A program made the position numbers and the translations under genes. The notes under the pieces are model-generated. The model saw nothing but the letters and a program-made list of their open reading frames with translations. It was not told where the DNA came from and made no database searches. Positions 25,301 to 37,765 of a DNA stretch of 64,000 bases are shown piece by piece. The stretch's first letter is position 1. Each line of letters begins with the position of its first letter. The DNA lies in NCBI GenBank assembly GCA_054600435.1, contig BAAIJX010000059.1, positions 1 through 64,000 on the forward strand. Direction: 5' to 3'. The DNA comes from Neophaeotheca triangularis (lineage: Eukaryota).

Positions 25301-26596
25301 ATGAACGGCTTCACGGACCACTCGCTCGACGAGTCCAATTTCGAACCCAAAGGCCCTCTAGCCGCGGTGCAAGCTTTCGATGCTTTCCCAAAGACTAAAC
25401 CGTCATACACCCAGAAAACTAGCAATGGCGGCGTCTGGACAGTCGTGCTTATTTGCGCCTCTCTCGCGTTGACCTGGACGGAATTGACGAGATGGTGGGT
25501 TGGCGACACCACGCATGCCTTCTCCGTTGAGCAAGGCGTAGGGCACGATCTGCAAATCAACCTCGATGTCGTCGTCGCCATGAAGTGCTCAGACTTACAC
25601 ATCAACGTGCAAGATGCAAGTGGAGATCGTATCCTGGCCAGCAGCTCACTCACTAGGGACGGCACGACGTGGAAGCAATGGAGTGGGGCGCACGCATTGG
25701 GCAGGAGTAAGCAGGAGAGGTTGGACTTGAAAGGCTACCCTGGGTTTGGCGAGTACAAAGAGGAGGATGTGCACAACTATCTTGGTGCAGCTAAGAAGAG
25801 CAAGTCGTTCCCAAAGACCCCGAGGCTTGCGAGAGGCGTGCAGCCGGATGCTTGTAGAATCTATGGGAGCTTGGAGGGCAACAAGGTGCAGGGAGACTTC
25901 CACATCACTGCGAGAGGTCACGGGTATATGGAGTTTGGACAACATCTGGGACATGATGGTAATACCAACACCCTGACCCCTCAGTCTCGAGTTTTCACTT
26001 GCGGGCTTCCAGACTCCTCTGCTAACCACTGACAAAACCTAGCATTTAACTTCTCCCACCAGATCAATGAACTCTCCTTCGGACCTTTCTACCCTTCCTT
26101 GGTCAACCCCCTGGATAACACCGGCGCAACAACTGAAACGCACTTCCAAAAGTTCCAATACTACCTCTCAGTAGTCCCAACAATTTACACGACTGACGCG
26201 CTCTCCCTCCGCAAAACCATAACAAAAGCCCACGAATCCCCCTCCTCCGGTCGCGACGGGCTCGCTCAACACCGTTACGGTAGCAGCAAGAAGCACGTCT
26301 TCACCAACCAATACGCTGTCACGGAACAAAGCCGACAAGTCCCCGAGACGGCCGTGCCAGGAATCTTTGTCAAATTCGACATTGAGCCTATCTTACTTAC
26401 TATCAGCGAGGAGTGGAGTGGGGTCATGGCTTTGCTTGTCCGGTTGGTGAATGTTGTTAGCGGGATCTTGGTGGCGGGTGGCTGGTGCTATCAACTCAGC
26501 GATTGGGCTAAGGAGGTTGTTGGGAGGAGAGGGCGGAGAAGGGTCGATAGTAGCATGGGTATGCTTAGTGGAAAAGAAAAGGGGGGTATGTTGTAG
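25301..26596 (+). CDS. ERV41: ER-derived vesicle protein Erv41; intron 25959-26042
   Basis: AFDAFPKTKP, CRIYGSLEGNKVQGDFHITARGHGY, FNFSHQINELSFGP, FQYYLSVVPT and PGIFVKFDIEPI; two TMs. Confidence 0.93.
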
Positions 26597-27737
26597 AGTG
26601 ATGTGTAGGGTGGTATCCTTATCAAGTTCTTCGCGCCATGGTCGTCGCTGGGGTTTCCTGGTGAGTCACCTGTTATTCAATGCTGTGGCTGGTCTTTGGT
26701 AAGTCTTCAGTGTTGTTTTCATAATCTAGTTGTTTTATCCTAGCAAATTTGCGGCAGTGATTTTCGCTGCTACGGTTGAGAGAAAGCGAGTACATAGTCA
26801 TTGCCGCCATGACAAGGGCCATTTCCCTACAACCCAAGCCTACGGAGCAAGCATTTACCGGACAAAGTAGTACGGCGTATTGGTGCTTCGGACTAGCCAT
26901 CCAAAACCGAGAATATAGAGCTGATCAATACTGCCAGCTCGAAAGGGCAAAGAAAGAGCGATCAATCTTTCAGGCCGCGCCTCGCAACTCGCCGTGTCCA
27001 TCTCTAGGTTTTCTGTACGGGACCATGCTCATTATTTCACGTCACCCGGGGTCACAAACTAAAAGATAAGTATGCCTGAGAATGGGGTCTCGGTGGCGAC
27101 CAGTTGTTGAAGTCTTTCAGTATGTCCTACAATCCTCACTCTCACTTTTATCTTGAGACACTCGGTTCCTGGCAGATCGGCGAAAACAGGTTCTGCGATC
27201 CCAAACCACAATGGATTGAGAACGAAGTCTGCTTGGCCTCAACGTAATTTCCAACATAACTCAATTCAGCCGAGTGGATCGCTCTGAGCCACCCGTTCCA
27301 TTCGTCAGGGGCAACGCGTCTCAGACGTTGGGCGTAGGACTATGTCGATCCAAAAGTCCAAAGCTGGAGTGAGACACGACCAGCAACGCGAAACTTTTCT
27401 CAGTAGCCCTGTTCAAGACACGCTGAAGATTCCATGAACAACGCTTCGATGTCTTGAGATGTTGTTTAAAGATGAGAGAACACCTGAGACATGGCCGCGG
27501 GTATAAGGTACTGCACTATTGTCCGCTAATCCCAAGCTCTTACTTTCCTCTTTTCCAGAACATCACTTCCAGCCTCTAGCTCCAAGCCTTTTCGATCAGA
27601 AGACTATTCCCCTCGTCCCCCTCGCTTTTGTTACGCAATCCGGACACCAATACGGTTCTTTCGCTAACGACCAGTGAGTTCCTACACAGAAGCAATGCAC
27701 ACTCTTCACACTGACAAAACTTAGCCGTTAGCCCACA

Positions 27738-28727
27738 ATGATGGCTCCAAACATCACCCCAGACCTCTTTACACAACTCAACGACATACCCGAAAAGTAC
27801 CAAAGCAGCATTTACATCATTTCCCACGTCGTTCTTTTCCTCGGATCCATGATTGTCGGCATCATATTCGAACGATACAGACTCACAACTGCCCGCTTCT
27901 GCGAAGATCTCATCAAGAGCCTCGCTTCCTGCCTCATCACCTCCTGGACCTCCGCTGTTTCGCTCTTCCAGCTTTCTGCGAGCAAGCTCACCCTGCAACC
28001 TCTCAAGACGGGCTTCCTACGTTTCTCGACCAATTTCTGCCAAATGCCCGCGCTTCACTTCCTCGCTCTCCAGAGCTTCGGCGGGGCGCAATTCAAGAGC
28101 CTTGTCAACTGGTCAACCATCACTTTCTCAAACACGGGTATTTCGTCTTGCTACCATGGCCTCTGCGCGCGGACAAATGCCTTTTCAACTACTGCCTACC
28201 GCTACGCTGTTGCGAAAGCCAATCGCCTTACCAGAAAACCCGCCTCCCAGCCCTCCATTGAGGAAATCATGAGCCAGCTTCTAGAAACACACTACACCGT
28301 GGACAACACGCAGCACACAATTTCGGCCATCTGGCTAGCCCTAGCCCAGCACCCAGACCTCAAACCCCACTTCAAAGCCCCCAAAATCACCACCGACCAG
28401 CTGAACGAAAACCTGCGCCTGGATACAAGCAGCTTCTTCAACCACCTCGAAAAGTCGGTCTCGGAAATCAACAAAACCCTCGCCAAGGAGTACTCCTTCG
28501 CCGACGTCCACGCGGCCTTGATGACCTCCGTCGCCACGCTCTATGTTTGCGGCGTCAATGACGTTTTGGTTCGCGTTCATGGCGGTTGGCTCAAGGAGCT
28601 CAAAGAGGTGTTTTCGGGCTTCCGCGTCTACCAGGAGTCGCCTGGTGCCCTGGCCAAGGTGGAACGGGTCCTGATTGAGAGGTTACTGAGGTGCTTGGAA
28701 AGGAGACCTTCTCGTTCGCGGCGCTGA
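27738..28727 (+). CDS. Hypothetical protein with N-terminal TM segment
   Basis: 329-codon ATG-initiated ORF with a helical-looking C-terminal half and TATAA at 27502. No family recognised. Confidence 0.6.
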   Translation: MMAPNITPDLFTQLNDIPEKYQSSIYIISHVVLFLGSMIVGIIFERYRLTTARFCEDLIKSLASCLITSWTSAVSLFQLSASKLTLQPLKTGFLRFSTNFCQMPALHFLALQSFGGAQFKSLVNWSTITFSNTGISSCYHGLCARTNAFSTTAYRYAVAKANRLTRKPASQPSIEEIMSQLLETHYTVDNTQHTISAIWLALAQHPDLKPHFKAPKITTDQLNENLRLDTSSFFNHLEKSVSEINKTLAKEYSFADVHAALMTSVATLYVCGVNDVLVRVHGGWLKELKEVFSGFRVYQESPGALAKVERVLIERLLRCLERRPSRSRR

Positions 28728-29928
28728 GTGGGTTTCGATTGGAAAGGATCGGGGCGGGGACCGGGTGGTTTTGTTGAAGGGGTTGTTCCGAGGGCGTGTG
28801 GATCGAAATATTCTCGTTGGAAAAGGGAAAGGTGCCGGAAGGCGAGATTGTACGAGGGATGGCGGAGTTTGGGGAGTTTGGGTGTTTACGGTCTTTGCTT
28901 GATGGTGTTGACAGTCTCTTCCCAAGCGCTGCCTAATAGTCACCGGTTGCTCAATGGTATTCAGTCTGAAATCCATCTCTCCCAACTCTCAATTTGCCAC
29001 TGTCAAGACCAGGCTGACTACCACTCATATTCGTACGCCCTCCAGGCCAATCATAGAGCCCCCAGACCCATCACTCAAAAATGCAACTATCTGCCTGAAC
29101 CCCCGCCGGAACATCTGCGTGTCTTGACCGTCACCCGAGATAGATAGTACACTGCAGAGGGGGACGCACAGTATGGGACTTCTATTTGCGCCCGCTCTAG
29201 ACAACTCTTTCCCCTCCGCCAGAACAGTAACGCGGCGCAGCCTCCACAGCCTGTTCGCCCATAGCGTGTCATTTTACAATCTAATTGCTGGAGAGTTCAA
29301 GATCGATCTACTGCTTCATTGCCAGAGACTGGCAAGAAGCAGCAAGAGTAACACAGCTCCCCTTCAAAGTTGGTGGTTGTTTTGGCCAGAGGCGGGGATT
29401 GAGGCTCACTTATGAGGAGCCCTAGCCCCGTCTTCCTTCAGCGAATTCGCCCCTTTTCTGGTACGGTTAGCGACGTGCGATTGTTGGTGTTGTAGTTTGT
29501 CGCTGGAGCACACGGAATCAAGGAAGGGCATGCCATGGGGCTCGGAATGTGGTTGATTCATTCTTCGATGGTTCTATCTCTGCTACTCTCTAACGGCTGG
29601 CGGCCGGCTTTTCGGTTTTACTTGCGGCTGTGGCGGTCTGGTATCCCTAAGCATCCATAGGGCTCCGTGGGGCAGTCTTGCTCTATACCATTTTCGACTG
29701 TCACCGAATGGCCTGCCCCTTTCGCGGTGTGGCCATCGTCATGTCCTTACACCAAGCTGGTGTGTCGCCAGATGCCAACATCGGCCATGCATCACAGCAC
29801 TGCCAGCGCCCGAAATCACCTTGAAGGCAAGCGATCCCAAGCTTCCTGATACGCTCAACCCTCTTCATTTCTTCGAATCGGGCTATCCATCAACTATGTT
29901 CTCCATAACAAGCATTCTTCACATTCCC

Positions 29929-30738
29929 TCAACCCATCTTTACCCTCCGCCCCTTAACAACCCATCCACCGAGCACCTTCCCAAGCACCGCCCCAGCATA
30001 AACCCCAAGGACAACAGTAACAGGCCACCGCTGCCACTCGCGATCCCAGTCCAGCGGGATTGGGACCGCGCCAACCCACGCCCCGAAACAAGCCCCCAAA
30101 CTCATGCCATAAACCTCATCGAGCGGCAACTGTAAGCTCGCAACGCAGAGCCAGGTCGCTTTCTCCAGACCGTGGACGTAGAAGAGTTGAGGGGTGGTTA
30201 GAAGGGCGAGGTGGAGCGCTAGTAGTACGGTGGAAACGTGGTGGGTGGTTAGGGGCGCGCCGAACGCGAGAAGCAGGAGGTAGAGGAGGGGGGTTGAGAG
30301 GGCTAGGGTTAGGGTGAGGGCGAGGATGGCGGGCTAGATGGGTGGTGGAATCAGTTTTGGGGGCTCTGGGCTAGAGGTGGTGGAGGATGGGGGACGTACG
30401 ACTATTTTGAAGCTAATGCCGAGTTGTTGCTGTTTGTTGGGGTTTTTCTTTGGGGTGCCGGTTTTGGAGGGCGGTTGGGAAGGTGCTTGGCCCGCTGCTG
30501 GGAGGCAGAGGACGCAGTAGGCGAATTGAAGACCGGTGACTGTGGGTGCGAGGCCGAGGAGGGTGCTAGCGGGGTCGGCGACGAGGGGGGGAAAGCTGAA
30601 GATGGCGAGTGAAAGGAGCAGCACCGGGTGTAGGTTGCTGTAGATGGTCGCGTATTGAGAGTGTAGTATGTCGATGGGCTTGAAGGTGACACCGGAGGAG
30701 CCTTGAGAAGGCTTCATCGAGGCGAATTGGGAAGCCAT
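29929..30738 (-). CDS. GPI11: GPI biosynthesis protein Gpi11/PIG-F; intron 30399-30334
   Basis: Highly hydrophobic, with FGAPL and the signature GAWVGAVPIPLDWDREWQRWP. Confidence 0.93.
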
Positions 30739-31018
30739 GTTGTAAGGAGAGTGGTTACGTTATGGGATGTCAGCGCATGTCATTCTACTCTGTAACTCTG
30801 ATATGCTGGAATATGGAATCGAGCTTGAAGCTTGACATGAGGTTGGAAATGCGGAAGCTCGGACCAAGTCAGTCAGTCTAGTATCTCCATCTACTACCTA
30901 AGGTAATAATTAGGTAGCAAACCATCATCCCGTCCCATGTCCACCCCATCCTGCACCACCATCGACACCAATCCCCTACATCCTTCCTTGCGGCTTCCAA
31001 ACTCTCCTCCTTCTTCCC

Positions 31019-31683
31019 TCAACCCCAAACAGATCCCCCAACCCCATCCCCATCTCCACAACAATCCCACACGGCGCAATCGCTCTCCAAGCCCGCAGCC
31101 TCAGCACCCCCGGCCCGTAGAGACATCTCCAGCTCCCTAACCCTCGCTTGCGCAACCGCCTTCGCCTTCTCGGACTCCGCTAGCTCGCGTTCAAGGCGCG
31201 CGATCTCGGCTTGGTAGTTTGGGAGATGGAGGTTGGGGTTGTACTTTTCGTTGTTTCCCCGGGTTGCGTGGGAGTGGGTATGGGCGTGCGTGTTGGTGTA
31301 GGTGTAGATGGCTTGGTAGGGGTTGCCGTTTGTGTTGGCCGAGAGGTCGGGGTCGATGGTCTTGCGTTTAAGGGGCCGTTGGATTTGGACGAGGAGGGCG
31401 CTTGCGATCAAGGCCACGAGAGTGAGGGAGAGAGCGAGGATGAGCGTCGGCTTGGGGCTTGGGAGGAAGCGGGCGAGCTGGGTGGTTAATGGTTTTGCGG
31501 TCGCGGTGGTGGTGGCCGTGGCAGTTGCCGTGGCCGTTGGGGCGTCTGGACCAAGGGCACGGTAGGTTAGGGAGTTTCCGGTACTGGAATACGGATGGAT
31601 GGAGGGGGGCTTGGTGATGCAAGGTAGGTGATCTTATTCCTAATAATTGAGGTTTGGGCATACTTACTCGCCGTCGCTGTCAT
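31019..31683 (-). CDS. Small orphan single-TM protein with C-terminal coiled coil; exons 31683-31668, 31545-31019
   Basis: ATG, GTAAGT donor, CCTAAC branch and CAG acceptor splice in frame to give MTATANAPTAT...TLILALSLTLVALIASALLV...EIARLERELAESEKAKAVAQARVRELE. Confidence 0.6.
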
Positions 31684-33139
31684 GTTGGCCCATGCCTTAA
31701 GCGAGTCGAGGAGGTTGAAGGCGTTCATTTCGTCCCCTTGATGAGACGAATCCCCAACGATACAGGGGATTAGAAGGCAAATTGACTGTGAAGAAGAGTT
31801 GGGAGAGATGGAGCTTTTGCTTATGAAGAATACGTGAGATTACCTTGATCTTGAAGAGGCAAGAAGAAGTGTTGTAACAAGCTCCGGGAGCGCTCATTTG
31901 TCCAACGCCTAGCATCCACGACACGACACCCGCTTCTGAGACATGAACGCCTGTATGCCCATTTAGCGAGCGAATGTAAAGCGGTCTGTCTGAGACGGGA
32001 CATGCAACTAACCGTAGGCTTCGAAAATGAATCACTTTCAGGCTCAGGGAGGAAGACTTCAGGCATTCACTCCTCGATGCTATCTCGGTTTAGACATATC
32101 TGCCCATCCACCCTCACCATGGAGTCGGGTCTGCAATGCAAACTTTTAGGTTGACAGATCGACACCCGTCTCCCATTACACATATGCTCCAGAGCGTTTC
32201 CACGACGAAGCTCAGTCTTCATTAAACCAGCCAGATGCTAGCAAAGCACCCATAACCAACTGCCAACCACAGCACCGCCAATGGCAAGTAGTCGCGGAGG
32301 CCAACAAGCGCAGAGAGCATCTTGAATGATGAGCGGTGCCTTGGTTGAATTCCTGGAGAGCGAATGAGGGTCAGCTGGTTGACTGCGTTGAGAGTAAGGG
32401 CGCTGGAGGGCTCATTTTTCTGCTCCGAGAACATTGTCCCTGCACTTTCGGTTTGGATGCTGAGCGGAGAATTTATTTTCCATGTCGCTCCCGAAATACT
32501 GAACCTATTACAGAGACTTCAAGAAATCCATCTTAGTTAGTGAAGACTGGAGTGGCTAAAAAGTGTTTGGAGGTCTGACCGAAGGGGGCACGAAACCAGT
32601 ACTTAAGTATGATCAGGAAGAATGAGGTCGCAACACGCAAGGCAGGTTGCAGTGATGTGTTTACCTCTTGTCTTCGTTCTATTTCTTGTCGTTTACTTAG
32701 TACGCTGGCTGTGAGACAAGGATTGCATTCAACAGCACCCACTGCAGGAAAAAAGGACACTGCCAGACGGCGAATGAGTAACTCGCGGTGGTGAGCGCCC
32801 TTACCTTACCTAGAATGGAGAGAGGAAAACAGAGAGGAAACTTACGACACCGTTGATGCGCCCGAGTTTGGATGATGATCGCGAGAACGATGAGCTGAGG
32901 CTTCGGAGAACTCGGTGGCATCGCACAAATCATCTATCAACGAGACTCTGAAGCGCTAAACAACAAACACCCGCTGTTCCTCCCCATTACCTCGTCGAAG
33001 ACCAAAAACCAAACACAGAGCCAAGGAAGCCCCAGGTCTGCACTTCTCTCATCCGACACAAGCATTCCTCGCCCGAACTCTCAAGCCACCACCAACTCAA
33101 GCAGCCAACTCAACACCTCGAAACGACAGACTCAAACTC

Positions 33140-34111
33140 CTAAGACCGCATACCACTCTGCCCCATCCCCTCCTCCTCCTCCACCACCTTTACCTCCACT
33201 CCCACCCCAGCGCCAGCATCCACAACCGCACCACCTTCGAGCTCAGCATTCAACGCCGCACAATCCTCGATTTCGGCCCTGATCGCCTCGAGCCTCTTCG
33301 ACAACTTCCGGATCCGAAAGGTAGCGTCATCTCCGCCACGGCAACGGAGGTGCTTCCCGCCGATGCCACCACGAGAGGTGCTGTCGCCGGCCGTGGTGTT
33401 GCCGAAGCCGTTGCTACCCGGGGTTCCGCCTTTGCCGTTGCCGTTGCCATTGCCCATGTTCATGCTCATGCTCATGTTCTTGTTCTTGTTCTTGTTCTTT
33501 TTCTTTCTCTCGTCCTCAACCTTCTCCGTCTTGGCATCCTTTCCTTCCACGCGACCGCGAACGTATTTGAAGACCGCACGACCCGCTAGGAAAATGACGA
33601 CGAGCGTGAGGAAACCTAAAAAGGGGCTCGGCTCGGCTTCGGTGTTGGTGGTGGCGTTGGAGCTGACTTCGTGGCGTTTTGGGATGGTGGGGATGATGGG
33701 GGTCGAGGTTGGGTCTGTGTTGGCGTGTGCGACGGAGTCATTTTCCTGGCGTTTGGAAAGGTTGAAGATGATGAGGTTGGGGGTTGCAGAGGGGTTGGCG
33801 CTGGCGTTGGCGTTGGCGTTGGCGTTGGCGTTGAGGAAGGCGTGGGCTGTAGTTGGGGAGAGGGGGGTTAGTGGAGTAGTGTTTCTGGGTTTGTATCGAA
33901 AGTACGATAGGTTGGAGGCCGCGGGGGCCGTGTGAGAGGATGCGGAAGTGAGCAAAAGGGCTGGTTTAGAAGACATATAAATCGGATGGGGTTGAGGGGT
34001 TGGAGAGAGAGGTTTGTGGCTCGCTGGATGGTCGAGCAAGGGTGATGAAGTGGACTTACTCTTCGTCTGGCTGCCCGAGCCCTCGAGCAGGTTGAGGGGT
34101 TTGGGAACCAT
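33140..34111 (-). CDS. Orphan single-TM protein with dipeptide repeats and C-terminal coiled coil
   Basis: 323-codon ORF with TM FLGFLTLVVIFLAGRAVF, (NA)n, (KN)n, (MS)n and (GN)n tracts, and RIRKLSKRLEAIRAEIE. Confidence 0.6.
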   Translation of the reverse strand: MVPKPLNLLEGSGSQTKSKSTSSPLLDHPASHKPLSPTPQPHPIYMSSKPALLLTSASSHTAPAASNLSYFRYKPRNTTPLTPLSPTTAHAFLNANANANANASANPSATPNLIIFNLSKRQENDSVAHANTDPTSTPIIPTIPKRHEVSSNATTNTEAEPSPFLGFLTLVVIFLAGRAVFKYVRGRVEGKDAKTEKVEDERKKKNKNKNKNMSMSMNMGNGNGNGKGGTPGSNGFGNTTAGDSTSRGGIGGKHLRCRGGDDATFRIRKLSKRLEAIRAEIEDCAALNAELEGGAVVDAGAGVGVEVKVVEEEEGMGQSGMRS

Positions 34112-36455
34112 CTTGATGAGGTTGCTTGAAGGCTTGGATTGATTTGCTTGGCTTGGCTTGAGATTGGTTAATGTATGGTGATGATTGTTTGAACTTTCGA
34201 AGAGCTGGTGGAAGAGTTCAACTCGGAACAGCTGATAGGTGGCAGAGATGCGAAAACGACTTGAAGCTCAGGAAGGGAAGCAAGAGGATGTTTTCGAAAG
34301 TAAATAGGAAAAGTGGAAGAAGCTTCAAGATCTTAATACGCCCTCCAAAGGTGACAAAGAGGCATACCTGTCCACAACATCTGCCTGAGATCTCGTTTGC
34401 TCAAAACCACAGCTTTCCGAGACACGAGCTCCGGTGTCCGATCGCCCATGTGCGGAGTGAGGCAATGACATGCACTTCCCGGAGGGCTAGCCAATGCTCT
34501 GGCGAACCCAAGGCCCGCGTGCTAAGCCGTATCCTAGCGTTTGCAAGATGTTCAGAAACACACAGCGGTGAAAGCTGCCCAAACTCTACACCGCTAACTC
34601 TAGCCTACTAGCTACCAAGACGTCAATGAGGATGTCTCAGACACCCGCTCCACCATGAAAACTGCACGTTGCCGACCAGCTTTCGGAGAGGAGTGAAGAT
34701 TGCTCGTCGTAAGAGGGAAGACTTGCGACGCCAACCTCTAACAGCTGGATGGCATCATCCGAGACGAAAAGGCAGGGCCCCGTATCGCAGTAGAAGCGGC
34801 GGGGGGGTTCGAGAGTAGGAAGGGCGGACCCAAGGGGCGATAGGACTGTGACTCGCGCCACTCTCTCAATGCAAGATGGGATTAACATCTAGACCAAGCT
34901 CCCAAGCAAGAATCAAAGACAACAGCCCCCAGACCTACGGGTCTCGATACGTGATTCACCGCCGAAAGCCGAGAAGTGGCTGCGAGTCGGTGCGAGGAGC
35001 GCCGGAGAGGAAAGCCCGAAAGCTACACAGTCCCGAGCGAAGTCCAGGGTAAGGGCCTAGACATCTGAAGCAGGAGGCAAAATCAGCCAGTCCCTTGGTA
35101 ACCGCCAGCTCCAACGCGCCCACCGGCCTTGGGCTTCGCCCGTACGCTGTCGTACATTCCAAAGCAGAAGCGGCATCCCGAAGACCGGCGACCTTTGAAG
35201 CCCCAGCGCCAGCGTTTTCCGCAGCCAATTATTCCAGCGCTAAACCGACGCAGCCCCAAGGCAAGAGGGCAAAAACCCAGATAAGCAACCGGCTTGCAAG
35301 ACCTCCATCGCCTCCGAAGCGCGAGCACCCAAAATCCAGCACCAACAAAACGTGCTCATGCGCTTCGAGCTCCCCATGAGCGTTGAAGAGTTTTGACCAG
35401 GAGAAAAGAAACCAAAGGGTGAGTGATGACAAACCCTTGCAGCCCACGCAGGCGGCGCAGCCTCCACGACCAATTGCGCAGAACTCACCCGCCATACGAG
35501 AGCGGATATGGGCTACCAGGACGACGTCCAGTGAGCTAGGTAGCCGAAGGATTGGAACATGCCCCACGTGCAATCCGTAGAAGATGGAAGTGGCCGCGAG
35601 AAGCTAGCAGTTCAGGGGAAGCCAATCAACCTCGCTTACAGCCTTGGGGCGAGGCATCAGTGGCGAGGTTCTTTCAGGCTGTGGCATAAAATCCCCTATT
35701 CCCGATCCACGTTCCAGCTCAGTTCCAGCATGAAAGCCCAAGTAAAAAAAAAAACCTTGACACCATGCTAGCACCGCCGGCGGAAAATGCTGCCTCAACG
35801 GTCCAATCCCAGAGAAACAACATTGCAAAAAGGAGTCAGCTCGCCCTTGGCCAGCGCAAGTCTCCCCCTCGAGCCAGACTATGCGGTAGTGTCGCGTGGA
35901 GGGCTTCGGACGTTATGCTGGGAAGAGAGAACCCTTGCCGGCGGTAAGCGCACTTTCTGGCGTTGGACTACCTTGCAGGTATTTTCTATTGGTAGTAGAG
36001 TGATCTACCTCTGTAGACAAAAAGGGAGAAAGTGAGTTGACTACTTACTTGGTGAGAATGTGTCTTGGGGTGAGGGACCGGAGACGTCCCTGTTGAGCTA
36101 TTGAAAGAGCAAGCATCCTTGCTAACGGTGAGGTCGATACCTGGTCTGGCCCAAACAAAGAACTCCTCCTCACCTGCATGCTGTGCAGTATGATACCAAT
36201 ACGAATTCAGAAAAACGACAGAGAAAAGCAGTCGGCGATTGAACTTTGAAATTTTTTTGCTTGGTTTTGGATTTTGGGTCGACGTCGTAGCAGGTCTCAT
36301 TGATAGCTACCTAAAACGTCGTCGTCGATGATCTCAGCCAAGACTTCACAGCGGGTATTCCGTCAAAAGATAGCCCACTCCGAAACCCCTTCCGACCATG
36401 GTATCGCACCAGCACCACCCAGCGAGTCTCTGCAGCCGTGGCTTTAGAACAGACT

Positions 36456-37569
36456 CTAGATCTCGGCAGCAAGAGCCTTGATCTTCTGCTGGACGCGCTC
36501 CTCCTTTTGAGCCTTGGTCAACTTGTGCTGCTTGTACTTGAGCGACTCCTTCTTGTGCTCTTCCTTGCTCTTCTTGGGTTCAGCATCGGGGTCGGCCTTG
36601 AAGGGGTCCTCGCGGATCTGCTTGTGGGCGTCGGCGTACAACTCCTCCAAACCGTCGGCCTCGATCTCGTCGTCGATGTAGCCCTGGAACTGAGACTTGT
36701 AGCGCTCCTCGTCGTCGTCGGCCAGAGTTTCCATGTACTCGGCAATGTGGCCACCGAAGATGTACTTGCGGAGGGTCTCGGCGTCGAGCTCCTTGGTCTC
36801 AATGTCGTAGCCGGGGAAACGCTTCTCGGAGTGGGGGACGTAAAGACCACCGTCGGAGGCACCCTTCATAGCACCGAAGACACGGGCACCAGTGGAGGTC
36901 CTAGTAAGACCAACATCGAGGAAACACTTGAAGGGGCGGCGGGCCTCGCCATCGACCTCGGCGTCCTCGGTGAGAGTGAACTCGCCGTCAGCCTCCTCGA
37001 CACCGGTGAAGGTCTGGTCAAGGTCGAGCTTCTTGAGAGCGCGGCGGGCGATGAGGAGACCAACGCAGTAGGCGGCAGCCCAGTTGGTGATACCGTGGGT
37101 GACGCCGTAGCGCTTCAGCTCGTGGCCGTAGGCGCAGGCGAAGACCTTGTCGCCGGTGATCTCAGAGGTAACAATCTGGGCGATGATGTCGCGGTTGGTG
37201 AAGCGGATGACCAGGCGGTACTTGGGCGCATTGTACTTGTTCTTGGCCTGGGCGATCAAACGCTTACGGGCGAAGTAGTCGGTCTTGCCCGCGCGTCTGC
37301 GCTTGTACTTCACCTGGTAACGGCTGGAATGTGTGTTAGTAGCAGTCGGGGGGGGGGTGAATAGTTCTCCTTGATGACTTACCTGAAGTAGGCGGAGTTC
37401 TTGACCAACTTGGTCTGTTATATCAACCCCGAGTCAGCAATTTGCGCTTCAGACTGTACCACCATCCGAAGCATCTTGCGAACGACTCTCTCATTCTGGT
37501 GGACTGGTGCGGTGTTTGGGTGGCATATCAGCCGTGTCCGGTGGTGAAGGTATTACTTACGAAAGGCAT
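36456..37569 (-). CDS. RPL5: 60S ribosomal protein L5 (uL18); exons 37569-37561, 37414-37383, 37323-36456
   Basis: [47 protein letters not shown] and [16 protein letters not shown]; strong codon bias. Confidence 0.98.
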
Positions 37570-37765
37570 CTTGACGGTATTGCCGGAGTTGTCAAGGTTG
37601 TCGCAGCTGGGGGAAGAGAAAAGACTAAAAAGAGAAGAGAGCTTTGTATTTTGGAGCAGTTGTGCGTGATGACTAAGGTAACTCCGGCTTCGGTCCGACC
37701 ATGGGCTTACACCGCCAAGTCGAAGAAGTCGCACGCTCCTTGTTATTGCCCCTTGTAGTAGTAGA

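Noticed and set aside
30303..30320. TAGGGTTAGGGTGAGGG telomere-like repeat
   Set aside because: Lies in the GPI11 coding exon (Leu-Thr-Leu codons).
32760..32845. Stacked minus-strand donor-like motifs (GTAAGT...TAG GTAAG GTAAGG) suggesting a stwintron or microexon
   Set aside because: The first unit is only ~35 nt with no branch point, and no convincing host reading frame was found.
36438..37364. 308 aa ORF antisense to RPL5
   Set aside because: Expected shadow of strong codon bias in a highly expressed gene.
37415..37560. Possible intronic C/D snoRNA in RPL5 intron 1
   Set aside because: CTGA is present but there is no canonical RTGATGA box C or recognisable guide.
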